Source of the DNA: Oscillospiraceae bacterium
Lineage (GTDB): Bacteria; Bacillota; Clostridia; Oscillospirales; QAMX01
NCBI GenBank assembly: GCA_015068345.1
Contig: SVKS01000005.1
Coordinates: 1 to 54,954, forward strand
DNA length: 54,954 nucleotides
Reading direction: 5' to 3'
Position 1 is the first letter of the stretch. Every line of letters begins with the position of its first letter. Positions 19,731 to 28,566 of this stretch are shown here, in pieces. The notes beneath the pieces are model-generated. The model did no database searches. It had not been told where the DNA came from and saw only the letters and a list, made by a program, of their open reading frames with translations. Position numbers and translations under genes: made by a program.

Positions 19731-21089
19731 ATGCTACAGAATTATCAGGACTTGTCTTTTGTGCACGAGTGGCAGCGTTATTCCGATAACTTGGCCACCG
19801 AATTAACCCAATGCCTGGACGAAGGTAAGGATGTGGAAGCCTACCGCACGTTGGTAGAAACCATTTCCGCCATGCCCATTGGCAAGGAAAAAGCACTTGC
19901 CGCCGATGCTCTCTTTTACCTCCTTATGGATGCGCCCCAGCGTGCCGACTATCCCTTTGTGGAACCCTCCGATTATCAGGGCATTCTGGATGCCCGTCCC
20001 GCCAACCGCCGCACCTACCAGATTCCCGCCGCCGATAACACCCTGCGGGACAAGATCGCCGGTGCCTGGCTTGGACGTATTTGCGGCTGTCTGCTGGGCA
20101 AGCCGGTGGAGGGTATGCGTACCCCTGATCTTTGGAAACTGCTTGCCGCCGAAGATAATCTCCCCCTGAAGCGGTATATCGGCCGGGATAAGGAAACGCT
20201 TCTCTCCTGCGGTATTCAAAACCCCGATCCGGGTCGATGCTGGGCTTTCCAGAAACTGGGTTACATGCCCCCGGACGACGACACCAACTATACCGTTATG
20301 GCCGCCAAGGTTATCATCGAAAAATACGGCCGGAACTTCACCCCTGCCGACGTGGCCAATGCCTGGCTTTCCAGCCAGCCCATCACCGCCTACTGCACTG
20401 CCGAACGGGTGGCCTTCATGAATTTTGTGAATGCCATCGCTCCTCCCCAGTCGGCTGTTTACCAGAATCCCTATCGTGAATGGATCGGTGCCCAGATTCG
20501 TGCCGACTACTTTGGCTACATCAACCCGGGGGATCCCGAAACCGCCGCCGATATGGCCTTCCGGGATGCATCCATTTCCCACATTAAGAACGGCATCTAC
20601 GGTGAAATGTTCATTGCTGCCGCCATTGCCGCCGCGGCCTGTACCCAGGATCCTGAGGAAATTCTGCTTGCCGGTTTGGATCAGATCCCCGAAAAGAGCC
20701 GCCTGACCCGGGACGTAAAGGCTGTCATCGATTTCTGGAAATCCGGCAAAAGTGAAAAGGAATGCTTTACCTGGATCCATGAGATTTGGGATGAGTTTTC
20801 TGCCCATCATTGGTGCCACACCAACTCCAACGCTATGATCGTTGCCGCAAGCCTTCTTTACGGTGGCATGGATTATGGTAAGTCCATTTGTATGGCCGTG
20901 GAAACCGGCTTTGACACCGACTGCAACGGCGCCACCGTCGGCTCCATCATCGGCATGGCCATGGGCAAAGCCTGCGTGGGTCCCGAATGGTATGAAGCCA
21001 TCTGCGACACGGTCGACACCTCCATCATCGGTTGCGGTATGTACAGCCTTTCCGAGCTGGCCGACATCACCATGGGCCATTTGAAATAA
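19731..21089 (+). CDS. ADP-ribosylglycohydrolase family protein
   Basis: GAWLGRICGCLLGKPVEG, PPDDDTNYT, EWIGAQIRAD, GFDTDCNGATVGS. Confidence 0.9.
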   Translation: MLQNYQDLSFVHEWQRYSDNLATELTQCLDEGKDVEAYRTLVETISAMPIGKEKALAADALFYLLMDAPQRADYPFVEPSDYQGILDARPANRRTYQIPAADNTLRDKIAGAWLGRICGCLLGKPVEGMRTPDLWKLLAAEDNLPLKRYIGRDKETLLSCGIQNPDPGRCWAFQKLGYMPPDDDTNYTVMAAKVIIEKYGRNFTPADVANAWLSSQPITAYCTAERVAFMNFVNAIAPPQSAVYQNPYREWIGAQIRADYFGYINPGDPETAADMAFRDASISHIKNGIYGEMFIAAAIAAAACTQDPEEILLAGLDQIPEKSRLTRDVKAVIDFWKSGKSEKECFTWIHEIWDEFSAHHWCHTNSNAMIVAASLLYGGMDYGKSICMAVETGFDTDCNGATVGSIIGMAMGKACVGPEWYEAICDTVDTSIIGCGMYSLSELADITMGHLK

Positions 21090-21100
21090 TATCTTCCCCA

Positions 21101-21138
21101 ACCCCATGCGGAGTTTCTCCGCATGGGGTATTCTTTTT
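21101..21138 (+). terminator. Intrinsic terminator
   Basis: Perfect 13-bp stem ACCCCATGCGGAG/CTCCGCATGGGGT followed by ATTCTTTTT. Confidence 0.8.
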
Positions 21139-21141
21139 AAG

Positions 21142-21170
21142 TTGCCATTCCTCTCTTTTTGTGATACAAT
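21142..21170 (+). promoter_or_regulatory. sigmaA promoter for the MATE gene
   Basis: TTGCCA-17 nt-TACAAT with TG extension. Confidence 0.7.
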
Positions 21171-21207
21171 AAAACTGTTGTGTTATTATTTTATCAAGGA
21201 GATTTCT

Positions 21208-22608
21208 ATGGAGACTACTACCGCCCCCATCCTTGGCTCCCGTGCCGAGAAGCGGAGCTTTTATAAATATGCCATAGCCATCACCGCTCCCATTGCTTTG
21301 CAGAATTTCATGGATACTATGGTGGGTTCCGCTGATATTGTCATGATGTCCTTTGTCAGCCAAGCAGCCCTGGCCGCTTCCTCCCTTGCGGGGCAGTTGA
21401 TGTTTGTTTTGCAAATGCTTCTGTTTGGCCTTTCCTCCGGCGCATCGGTACTTAGCGCTCAATATTGGGGTAAAAAAGACAGCGAAACGGTAGCCCGTGT
21501 CCTTGGTATTGCCTTGCGTGTCTCCATTATTGTCGGATTGCTTTTCAGTTTGGTTGCCGCCTGCTTTCCCGCTACCTTCATGCGTATTTTCACCAATGAT
21601 GAGTCCCTTGTGGTGGAAGGGGTGAAATACCTCCGTGCCGTCAGCCCCTCCTATCTGCTAGGCGCTTTTATCACGGTCTATCTCAGTGTCATGCGCAGTG
21701 TGGAAAGAGTAAAGATGAGTGCCATCGTCCACTGCTCTTCGGTGGTCATGAACGTTGTTTTGAATGCTTGCTTCATTTTTGGTTTTGGCCCCTTCCCCGC
21801 TCTTGGTGTAACCGGTGTTGCTCTGGCAACCACCATTACCCGTATTGTAGAGTTTATCGTCTGCATCATCGACGCCTGCCTTTGCAAAGTCATCCGCTTC
21901 CGTTTCGTCCATTTGATTCAAAAAGGCGGTCAACTCACCCGGGACTTCATCAGCTTTTCCGTTCCCGCCGCCGCAAACGACATCGTTTGGGGGTTAGCCT
22001 TCAGCGTCTACTCCATTATTTTAGGGCACCTCAGTTCCGACATTGTTGCCGCCAACTCGGTAGCCTCAGTAGTACGAAACCTTGGCACTGTGGTGTGCTT
22101 TGGCTGTTCCTCCAGCGCCGGCATCATCCTGGGCAAAGCACTTGGAGACAATAAGCTAAAAGAAGCCAGAGCCTATGCTACCCGCTTTGTCTACATGAGC
22201 ATTGTTACTGCCCTCTTTGGTGGCGTGGTAATCCTGCTTTGCCGGCCCTTCGTTCTGGACTTCATGCATCTTTACGTAACGGTAACCGATGTGGTAAAAA
22301 CGGAGCTCAACACCATGCTTTACATCAATTCCTATTACATTCTCGGTTCTTCGGTTAACACTATGCTTTGCTGTGGTATTTTCCGGGCTGGAGGCGACGT
22401 AAAGTTCGGACTCTTCTGCGACATGGTTGCCATGTGGGTTTATGCCGTTCCCATGGGATTGCTTTGTGCCTTTGTGTTCAAACTTCCCGAAATGTGGGTT
22501 TTCTTCATTCTGTGTCTGGATGAATTTGTAAAAATGCCTGCTTTTATTTTCCACTACAAGAAGCGCAAATGGCTTCGCAACATCACCCGGGATCAAATCG
22601 AATCCTGA
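21208..22608 (+). CDS. MATE family efflux transporter
   Basis: PIALQN...D, AQYWG.KD, LGVTGVALAT..R, GIFRAGGD; about 12 TM segments. Start ATG 21208 after AAGGAG. Confidence 0.92.
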   Translation: METTTAPILGSRAEKRSFYKYAIAITAPIALQNFMDTMVGSADIVMMSFVSQAALAASSLAGQLMFVLQMLLFGLSSGASVLSAQYWGKKDSETVARVLGIALRVSIIVGLLFSLVAACFPATFMRIFTNDESLVVEGVKYLRAVSPSYLLGAFITVYLSVMRSVERVKMSAIVHCSSVVMNVVLNACFIFGFGPFPALGVTGVALATTITRIVEFIVCIIDACLCKVIRFRFVHLIQKGGQLTRDFISFSVPAAANDIVWGLAFSVYSIILGHLSSDIVAANSVASVVRNLGTVVCFGCSSSAGIILGKALGDNKLKEARAYATRFVYMSIVTALFGGVVILLCRPFVLDFMHLYVTVTDVVKTELNTMLYINSYYILGSSVNTMLCCGIFRAGGDVKFGLFCDMVAMWVYAVPMGLLCAFVFKLPEMWVFFILCLDEFVKMPAFIFHYKKRKWLRNITRDQIES

Positions 22609-22612
22609 TTTC

Positions 22613-22642
22613 AAATGCATCGGTATTACCGATGCATTTTTT
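22613..22642 (+). terminator. Intrinsic terminator
   Basis: Palindrome AAATGCATCGGTA-T-TACCGATGCATTT running into a T tract. Confidence 0.75.
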
Positions 22643-22672
22643 ACCATTTCTTTACCATTGTCATGGTATAAT
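22640..22672 (+). promoter_or_regulatory. Direct repeat (probable OmpR-family box) plus extended -10
   Basis: TTTACCATT at 22640 and 22651 (11-bp period), then TGGTATAAT at 22664-22672. Confidence 0.55.
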
Positions 22673-22702
22673 TATATTCTGTAAGTTGAAAGGAGTCGGT
22701 CT

Positions 22703-23758
22703 ATGAAAAAGGCACTGCGTGATTTGGGCGTCACCCTATTGATTCTGGTTTTATCATTTTGTGCCAACCTTATGCTACAACACCTTCTCGGGACAGCTGT
22801 TCATTCGGTCAGCGTATCTATTCTTGGTGTTTTTCTAACCTCCCTTTATACCAACGGCTATCTTTGGGGGGTGCTTTCCACCCTTGCCAATGTTTTTATC
22901 GTTAATTTTTCTTTTACCGAACCTTTTTTTGCTTTTGACTTTATCACACCAAGCAATCTTGCCGCAGCTTTTGTTATGCTGATCATCGCCTTTATGACCA
23001 GCATGTTTACCACCAAGCTGAAATACCAGGAGAAAAACAGAGCGGAAGCCGACCGTGAAAAAATGCGTGCCAATCTGCTCCGTGCCATTTCCCATGACCT
23101 GCGTACCCCCCTGACCACCATTTACGGCTCCACCTCCACCATTATCGATAACTACGACGCCCTCTCCCGGGAAAAACAACTGAAGCTTTTGGATGAAGTA
23201 CGTTCCGACTCTCAGTGGTTGATCCGCATGGTGGAAAATCTACTTTCGGTCACCCGCATTGATGGAAATCCGCTTGGCATCGTAAAGTCTCCGGTTGTTT
23301 TGGAGGAATTGGTGGATGCAGTTCTCCAAAAGTTTCATAGCCGTTGTCCCAATCAATGGGTTGTAGTTGACATCCCCGATGAGTTTATCACGGTGGATTG
23401 CGATATCATTCTTCTGGAACAGGTTCTGGTGAATCTATTGGAAAATGCGGTATTTCACGCAAAAGGTATGGATGCCCTTACTCTTCGTGCCAAGTTTCAT
23501 CAAAAACAAGTGACTATTGCCATCATTGATAATGGCTGTGGGCTTTCCAAGGAGCTTCTTTCCAATCCATTTGACGGCATCCACGTTGCAACCCAACCCC
23601 TCACCGATGGGTCCCGCAACAATATGGGGATCGGTCTTTCTGTATGCTCCACTATCATACGTGCCCATGGCAGTAAACTTGGAGCTCGTAACCGACCGGA
23701 AGGCGGCGCCGAGTTTTACTTTACTCTAACTGCGGAGGATTCTGAAAATGAGCAATAA
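22703..23758 (+). CDS. KdpD-like sensor histidine kinase (DUF4118-type TM region, HisKA, HATPase)
   Basis: ANLLRAISHDLRTPL, NLLENA, DNGCG, GIGLSVC; four N-terminal TM helices. Confidence 0.88.
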   Translation: MKKALRDLGVTLLILVLSFCANLMLQHLLGTAVHSVSVSILGVFLTSLYTNGYLWGVLSTLANVFIVNFSFTEPFFAFDFITPSNLAAAFVMLIIAFMTSMFTTKLKYQEKNRAEADREKMRANLLRAISHDLRTPLTTIYGSTSTIIDNYDALSREKQLKLLDEVRSDSQWLIRMVENLLSVTRIDGNPLGIVKSPVVLEELVDAVLQKFHSRCPNQWVVVDIPDEFITVDCDIILLEQVLVNLLENAVFHAKGMDALTLRAKFHQKQVTIAIIDNGCGLSKELLSNPFDGIHVATQPLTDGSRNNMGIGLSVCSTIIRAHGSKLGARNRPEGGAEFYFTLTAEDSENEQ

Positions 23759-24461
23759 CAAATATAAAATCCTTTTGATTGAAGATGAACAAAATATTCA
23801 AAGCCTCATTGAAGCCATTCTTACCACCAACGGATATCAGGTGGTTCTGTCCGAAAATTGCCAGACCGGTATGCGCCTTTTTTCATCCCATCAGCCCGAT
23901 CTTGTCATTTTGGATTTAGGTCTTCCCGATATGGATGGTCTTGAATTCCTGAAGTTTGCCCGTCAGGAGCATACTACCCCGATTCTTGTGCTTTCCGCCC
24001 GGACCAACGAAATCGACAAGGTCACTTCCTTGGATATGGGCGCCAATGATTACGTCACCAAGCCCTTTGGTACAGCTGAGCTTTTGGCCAGAGTGCGTGC
24101 CGCCCTGCGCACCAGTCGCCAAAACAGTGCCGCCCAAATTCCAGGAGCTAAATTCGTACTGCAGGATTTGACCATCGATTACGACAAGCGGATCGTTTCG
24201 GTATCGGGCGAGGATATCCACCTCACGCAAACCGAGTTCAATATTCTGGCTTTTCTTTCCGAACATGCCGGTAAAGTACTAACCTACTCCACCATTATCC
24301 GTAGCATTTGGGGCGCTACCGACTCGGGAAGCATTAAAAAACTCCAGGTTAATATGGCTAATATCCGCAAAAAATGCGGTACCAAACCAGGCGACAACCG
24401 TTACATTATCAATGAACTTGGTGTCGGTTATCGCATGCGGACCGATGACGAATTGATTTGA
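23748..24461 (+). CDS. KdpE-like OmpR-family response regulator
   Basis: IEDE, LDLGLPDMDG, GANDYVTKPF, LTQTEF, NELGVGYR. Confidence 0.92.
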   Translation: MSNNKYKILLIEDEQNIQSLIEAILTTNGYQVVLSENCQTGMRLFSSHQPDLVILDLGLPDMDGLEFLKFARQEHTTPILVLSARTNEIDKVTSLDMGANDYVTKPFGTAELLARVRAALRTSRQNSAAQIPGAKFVLQDLTIDYDKRIVSVSGEDIHLTQTEFNILAFLSEHAGKVLTYSTIIRSIWGATDSGSIKKLQVNMANIRKKCGTKPGDNRYIINELGVGYRMRTDDELI

Positions 24462-24467
24462 TCCTTC

Positions 24468-24496
24468 TTGACAAGCACTTCCTAATTTGCTATACT
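24468..24496 (+). promoter_or_regulatory. sigmaA promoter
   Basis: TTGACA-17 nt-TATACT with TG extension. Confidence 0.75.
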
Positions 24497-24527
24497 TGCC
24501 CAAGTAAGCTTGAAGGAGCATTTTCCC

Positions 24528-25004
24528 ATGTCCATTGATCGCGTCAAAGCCTATTTTTCCGAGTTCGGTATGGAAAGTAGAATTCTGGAATTTCCTGTTT
24601 CCAGCGCCACTGTTGAACTGGCTGCAGAAGCCCTTTCCACTGCTCCGTGCCGGATTGCCAAAACCCTCTCATTCAAAGTAAATGAGCATCCAATCCTGAT
24701 TGTCTGTGCCGGTGATGCCAAGATTGACAACGCCAAATACAAATCCCGCTTTTCCGTTAAGGCCAAAATGCTGACTCCCGATGAAGCTCTATCCTTGATC
24801 GGTCATGCAGTCGGGGGTGTTTGTCCCTTTGCCATCAATCCGGGAGTAACCGTCTATCTGGACGAATCCTTAAAGCGATTTGAAACGGTATTCCCCGCCT
24901 GCGGCAGCAGCAACAGCGCCATTGAACTGACCATTCCGGAACTTGAGCAGTATTCCGGTTTTACTTCCTGGGTTTGCGTAACCAAGGGTTGGCAGGATGA
25001 ATAA
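24528..25004 (+). CDS. YbaK/EbsC-family aminoacyl-tRNA deacylase
   Basis: SATVELAA, IAKTLSF, GHAVGGVCPF, PACGS. Start ATG 24528 after AAGGAG. Confidence 0.9.
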   Translation: MSIDRVKAYFSEFGMESRILEFPVSSATVELAAEALSTAPCRIAKTLSFKVNEHPILIVCAGDAKIDNAKYKSRFSVKAKMLTPDEALSLIGHAVGGVCPFAINPGVTVYLDESLKRFETVFPACGSSNSAIELTIPELEQYSGFTSWVCVTKGWQDE

Positions 25005-25007
25005 AGA

Positions 25008-25045
25008 AAAATCTCCCCTCTTTTTCATGAAAGAGGGGATTTTCC
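25008..25045 (+). terminator. Probable intrinsic terminator
   Basis: TCCCCTCTTT-6 nt-AAAGAGGGGA followed by TTTT. Confidence 0.65.
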
Positions 25046-25101
25046 TTGCGCTCTCAGTCACTTTGTGTTACAATGATAAAAAAAGAAAAAGAGGTACCCT
25101 T

Positions 25102-26394
25102 ATGAAAAAGCTTTGCGTTGCGACAAACTGCCGTCAGCTTATGACCCAAGACGGTGCCCCCTTCTATCTCATTGGCGACACCGCATGGGAACTCTTCCAC
25201 CGACTCGACCGGGAGGAAGCAGAGTATTATCTCACCACCCGGAAAGAACAGGGCTATAATTTAATTCAGGCAGTTATTCTTGCCGAATTTGACGGCATCC
25301 GGACCCCCAATGCCTACGGTCGTATCCCTTTCCTCCAAAACGATACCGGCGAATACGACCTCCTCCTGCCCGACCTCAGCGGGGAATATTCCTACTTTGA
25401 CCACGTAGAATTCATTCTATCCAAGGCAGAAGAGATCGGCCTATATATGGGTGTTCTTCCTACCTGGGGAGACAAATATAACTGCATCTGGGGCGAAGGA
25501 CCGGAAGTTTTTACGCCGGAAAACGCTTTTTCCTATGGACAATGGCTTGGAGACCGTTATGCTCACCACACTAACATCATCTGGATTTTGGGCGGCGACC
25601 GCCCTTTATCCAAAAAAAAGCATTTTGATGTGATCGACGGCATGGCCAGGGGCCTCCGCGAAAGCATGAGCGGCGACAAACTAATCACCTTCCATCCCTG
25701 CGGAGCCCATTCTTCCTCCCAGTTTGTCCATGATTTCGACTGGTTGGATTTCAATATGATGCAATCGGGCCATGGTTATCCCTCTCCCTGGTGTTTTGAT
25801 ATGATGGCCGCTGACTACGCCAAGAAACCCACTAAACCGGTTATGGACGGGGAGCCCTGTTACGAAGATCATCCCATCAATTTCAAGCCAGAAAACGGTT
25901 ATTTTGACGATTATAATGTCAGAATCGCTGCATACCGTAACCTTTTGGGTGGTGCCTGCGGCAACACCTACGGCCACCACAGCATTTGGGGCTTCAAACG
26001 CCCGGAGGAAGCCTGTGCTTACTTCCCCAACAACTGGAAGATCGCCCTTCATCGACCCGGTGCCCGGCAGATTGCCATCTACCGTGATTTTGTCGAAGCC
26101 CACATGCCCCACAATTATACTCCGGTCTACGATATTGTGGAGGAAAACACCCATGATGCCAATTATGTGGCCGCCATGGTAAACGAAAAGGAAGCCATCC
26201 TCTCGGTCCCTACCGGTCTTCCCATATCCCTCAATTTGAATGCCCTCCCCTTTATCCCCAGGACCATGACCACCTTCGACCCCAAAACCGGCATCTATTC
26301 CGAAGCCATGCCGATGCCCGGATCCATGAAGATTGTAATTCCAGGATATCCTGCCGGACGTAATTGCGATTATATTCTTATTTTGAAACCTTAG
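25102..26394 (+). CDS. DUF4038/GH140 apiosidase-like glycoside hydrolase
   Basis: PFYLIGDTAWELFHRL, LPTWG, WILGGD, TFHP, QSGH, DGEPCYE, TYGHHSIW. Own promoter TTGCGC-17-TACAAT at 25046-25074. Start ATG 25102. Confidence 0.85.
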   Translation: MKKLCVATNCRQLMTQDGAPFYLIGDTAWELFHRLDREEAEYYLTTRKEQGYNLIQAVILAEFDGIRTPNAYGRIPFLQNDTGEYDLLLPDLSGEYSYFDHVEFILSKAEEIGLYMGVLPTWGDKYNCIWGEGPEVFTPENAFSYGQWLGDRYAHHTNIIWILGGDRPLSKKKHFDVIDGMARGLRESMSGDKLITFHPCGAHSSSQFVHDFDWLDFNMMQSGHGYPSPWCFDMMAADYAKKPTKPVMDGEPCYEDHPINFKPENGYFDDYNVRIAAYRNLLGGACGNTYGHHSIWGFKRPEEACAYFPNNWKIALHRPGARQIAIYRDFVEAHMPHNYTPVYDIVEENTHDANYVAAMVNEKEAILSVPTGLPISLNLNALPFIPRTMTTFDPKTGIYSEAMPMPGSMKIVIPGYPAGRNCDYILILKP

Positions 26395-26406
26395 GAGCTT
26401 TACCCC

Positions 26407-26946
26407 ATGATTGCCGTCAGCGAAAGCTATACCACCCCGCCATCCTTCTTCCATTCAGCCCTTCATGAAAGGGTGTATGCCACCTTGGCAGAGCTTGCCA
26501 TTCCCTTTGAGCGGGTGGATTGCGAAGAAGCCATCACCATGGAGGATTGTATTGCCATCAACCAAGCACTCCAGGTTGAAACTGTGAAAACCCTTTTTTT
26601 GGCCAACCGGCAGGAAACCCAGTTTTATCTGCTTGTAACCCCAGGAAACAAACCCTTCCGTACAAAGGATTTCAGTCATACCCTTGGGGTTTCCCGAGTA
26701 TCCTTTGCCACCCCAGAAAAACTTCTGGAACTTCTTGGTTGCAAGGTTGGGGCTGCCACGATATTTGGTTTGCTTCTCGACCCGGACTGTCGAATTCGCG
26801 CAGTCATTGACCGTGACGTTCTTTCCCTGGAAAATTACGCCTGCACCGACTCCACCACCACCGGTTACATGAAGGTAAAGACCACCGACATTCTTGAAAA
26901 ATTCCTTCCCCGTGTGGGTCACACACCCGACATTATCACATTGTGA
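26407..26946 (+). CDS. Prolyl-tRNA editing (ProXp/PrdX-like) YbaK-superfamily protein
   Basis: TMEDC, KTLFLANRQ...FYLL, KPF.TK..S, SRVSFA, GAATIFGL. Confidence 0.8.
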   Translation: MIAVSESYTTPPSFFHSALHERVYATLAELAIPFERVDCEEAITMEDCIAINQALQVETVKTLFLANRQETQFYLLVTPGNKPFRTKDFSHTLGVSRVSFATPEKLLELLGCKVGAATIFGLLLDPDCRIRAVIDRDVLSLENYACTDSTTTGYMKVKTTDILEKFLPRVGHTPDIITL

Positions 26947-26979
26947 TATCCCAAATCCTATAGAAAAGAGAGAAACAAC

Positions 26980-28263
26980 ATGAATTCCTACAACCAAGAG
27001 CTTTTCACCATGATCGAAGCCTCTCCCACCCCTTTCCATGCTGTAGACTACGTTGCCCGCCAGCTTTCCCAAGCCGGTTTTCTTCCCCTTTCGGAAGCCG
27101 ACGACTGGTCCCTGACTCCCGGTAAGGGCTACTACGTCACCCGTAACGGTGCTTCCATCATCGCCTTCCGGGTTCCTGAGGGAGATTTCACCGGCTTTAT
27201 GATGAGCGCCGCTCATTTGGACAGCCCGACCTTCAAGATTAAAGAAAATGCTGAGCTTCCCGGCACCTATGTCCGTCTTTCCACCGAACGTTACGGCGGT
27301 TCCATTGCCTCCACCTGGCTGGATCGTCCCCTTTCGGTGGCAGGCCGACTTTTGGTACGCACCGAATACGGTGCCAAAAGCCTTCTTTGCGACCTGGGAG
27401 ATCCCATGGCCATCATTCCCAACGTAGCCATTCACCAGAATCCCACCGCCAACGATGGCATGAACTATAATGCCGCCGTGGATCTGGTTCCGTTGATCGG
27501 TATGAAGGGTATGGAAAAGAATTTCAAAACCATGGCTGCCGAAGCCTGTGGTGTCGCCGTGGAGGATATCCTCTCGGCTGACTTCTACCTCTACCTCAAA
27601 CAGCCTGGTTACGAATGGGGTGACTTTATCTCTGCTCCGAAGCTGGATGACCTGCAGTGTGCCTACGCCTGCATGAAGGGCTTCCTGGATGCCAAACCCG
27701 GCAAGGCTATGCCGGTTCTGTGCCTCTTCGACAATGAAGAGGTTGGCAGTCACACCAAGCACGGTGCCGCCGGCACCTTCCTTGCTGATGTGCTGGCCCG
27801 GACTTGTGAAGCTCTGGGAACCGATTACCGTCGGAAGGTAGCCCAAAGCTTCCTGCTTTCCTGTGACAACGCCCACGCCGAGCATCCCAACCATCCGGAG
27901 CACGCCGATCGTTCCCATGCTGTATATCCCAACGCAGGCATTGTGGTAAAGCATCATGCCAGTCAGAGCTACGCCACCGATGCCATTTCCGCCTCTCTGT
28001 TCCGTCTGGTTTGCGAAGCTGCCGGGGTCCCCATCCAGCATTTTGCCAACCGTGCCGACAAACGCAGCGGCGGTACCCTGGGCAATATCGCAAACACCCA
28101 GGTTTCCATCCACACCATTGACATCGGTTTGGCTCAGTTTGCTATGCATTCCTCCTTTGAAACCGCAGGAGCCAAAGATACCGAATATATGGCCAAGGCG
28201 CTTGCCGCTTACTATGAAAAAGCCATCACGCTCCACCCGGATGGCGGCTATATCCTTGGATAA
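26980..28263 (+). CDS. M18-family (aspartyl) aminopeptidase
   Basis: SPTPFHAV, AHLDSP, TWLDRPLS, KLDDL, DNEEVGS, DNAHAEHPN, AMHS. Confidence 0.93.
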   Translation: MNSYNQELFTMIEASPTPFHAVDYVARQLSQAGFLPLSEADDWSLTPGKGYYVTRNGASIIAFRVPEGDFTGFMMSAAHLDSPTFKIKENAELPGTYVRLSTERYGGSIASTWLDRPLSVAGRLLVRTEYGAKSLLCDLGDPMAIIPNVAIHQNPTANDGMNYNAAVDLVPLIGMKGMEKNFKTMAAEACGVAVEDILSADFYLYLKQPGYEWGDFISAPKLDDLQCAYACMKGFLDAKPGKAMPVLCLFDNEEVGSHTKHGAAGTFLADVLARTCEALGTDYRRKVAQSFLLSCDNAHAEHPNHPEHADRSHAVYPNAGIVVKHHASQSYATDAISASLFRLVCEAAGVPIQHFANRADKRSGGTLGNIANTQVSIHTIDIGLAQFAMHSSFETAGAKDTEYMAKALAAYYEKAITLHPDGGYILG

Positions 28264-28270
28264 AGCACAG

Positions 28271-28310
28271 AAAAACCCCCGACGAATTCTCTTCGCCGGG
28301 GGTTGCTTTT
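28271..28310. terminator. Bidirectional intrinsic terminator
   Basis: AACCCCCGACGAA-TTCTC-TTCGCCGGGGGTT with A/T tracts on both sides, between convergent units. Confidence 0.75.
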
Positions 28311-28314
28311 CCAA

Positions 28315-28523
28315 AAAAGACGTCCCGCATCACCGTGTGCCGCAGATACTAACCTGCATCACTCTACGCAGGTGGGTTTCCTCCCTTCCGTTTCTCGCTT
28401 CCAACATCCGCGGACAAGGTCAACGCGGGAGGCCTGCAATCCGCCGGCCGGAGTGGGAATCCCGTATCTATTCTTTGAGGGTTAATATTGACGACAACAC
28501 GAGTGTAGCAGGAACGCTTTTCT
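28315..28523 (-). ncRNA. ssrS: 6S RNA (SsrS)
   Basis: About 200 nt, no credible ORF. 5' and 3' ends pair as a long rod (CGUUCCUGC/GCGGGACG, CACUCGUGU/ACACGGUG, AUAUUAACC/GGUUAGUAU). Central A-rich bubble sits opposite ACCCACCUGC...GCAGG, as in Firmicute 6S RNAs. Ends in a U tract. Confidence 0.85.
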
Positions 28524-28566
28524 CAATGAAAGTATATGCGATTTGGAAGAGTTTATGCCAAAAAGC

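Noticed and set aside
26455-28314. 619-aa minus-strand ORF antisense to the ProXp and M18 genes
   Set aside because: Antisense shadow with no recognisable domain. The same applies to 14011-15300, 17154-18221, 19803-21107, 33909-34937, 40295-41659 and 47680-48789.
28303-28485. 60-aa ORF, and the 27956-28765 ORF, crossing the M18-DUF1292 gap
   Set aside because: The region is better explained by a 6S RNA on the minus strand plus a terminator.
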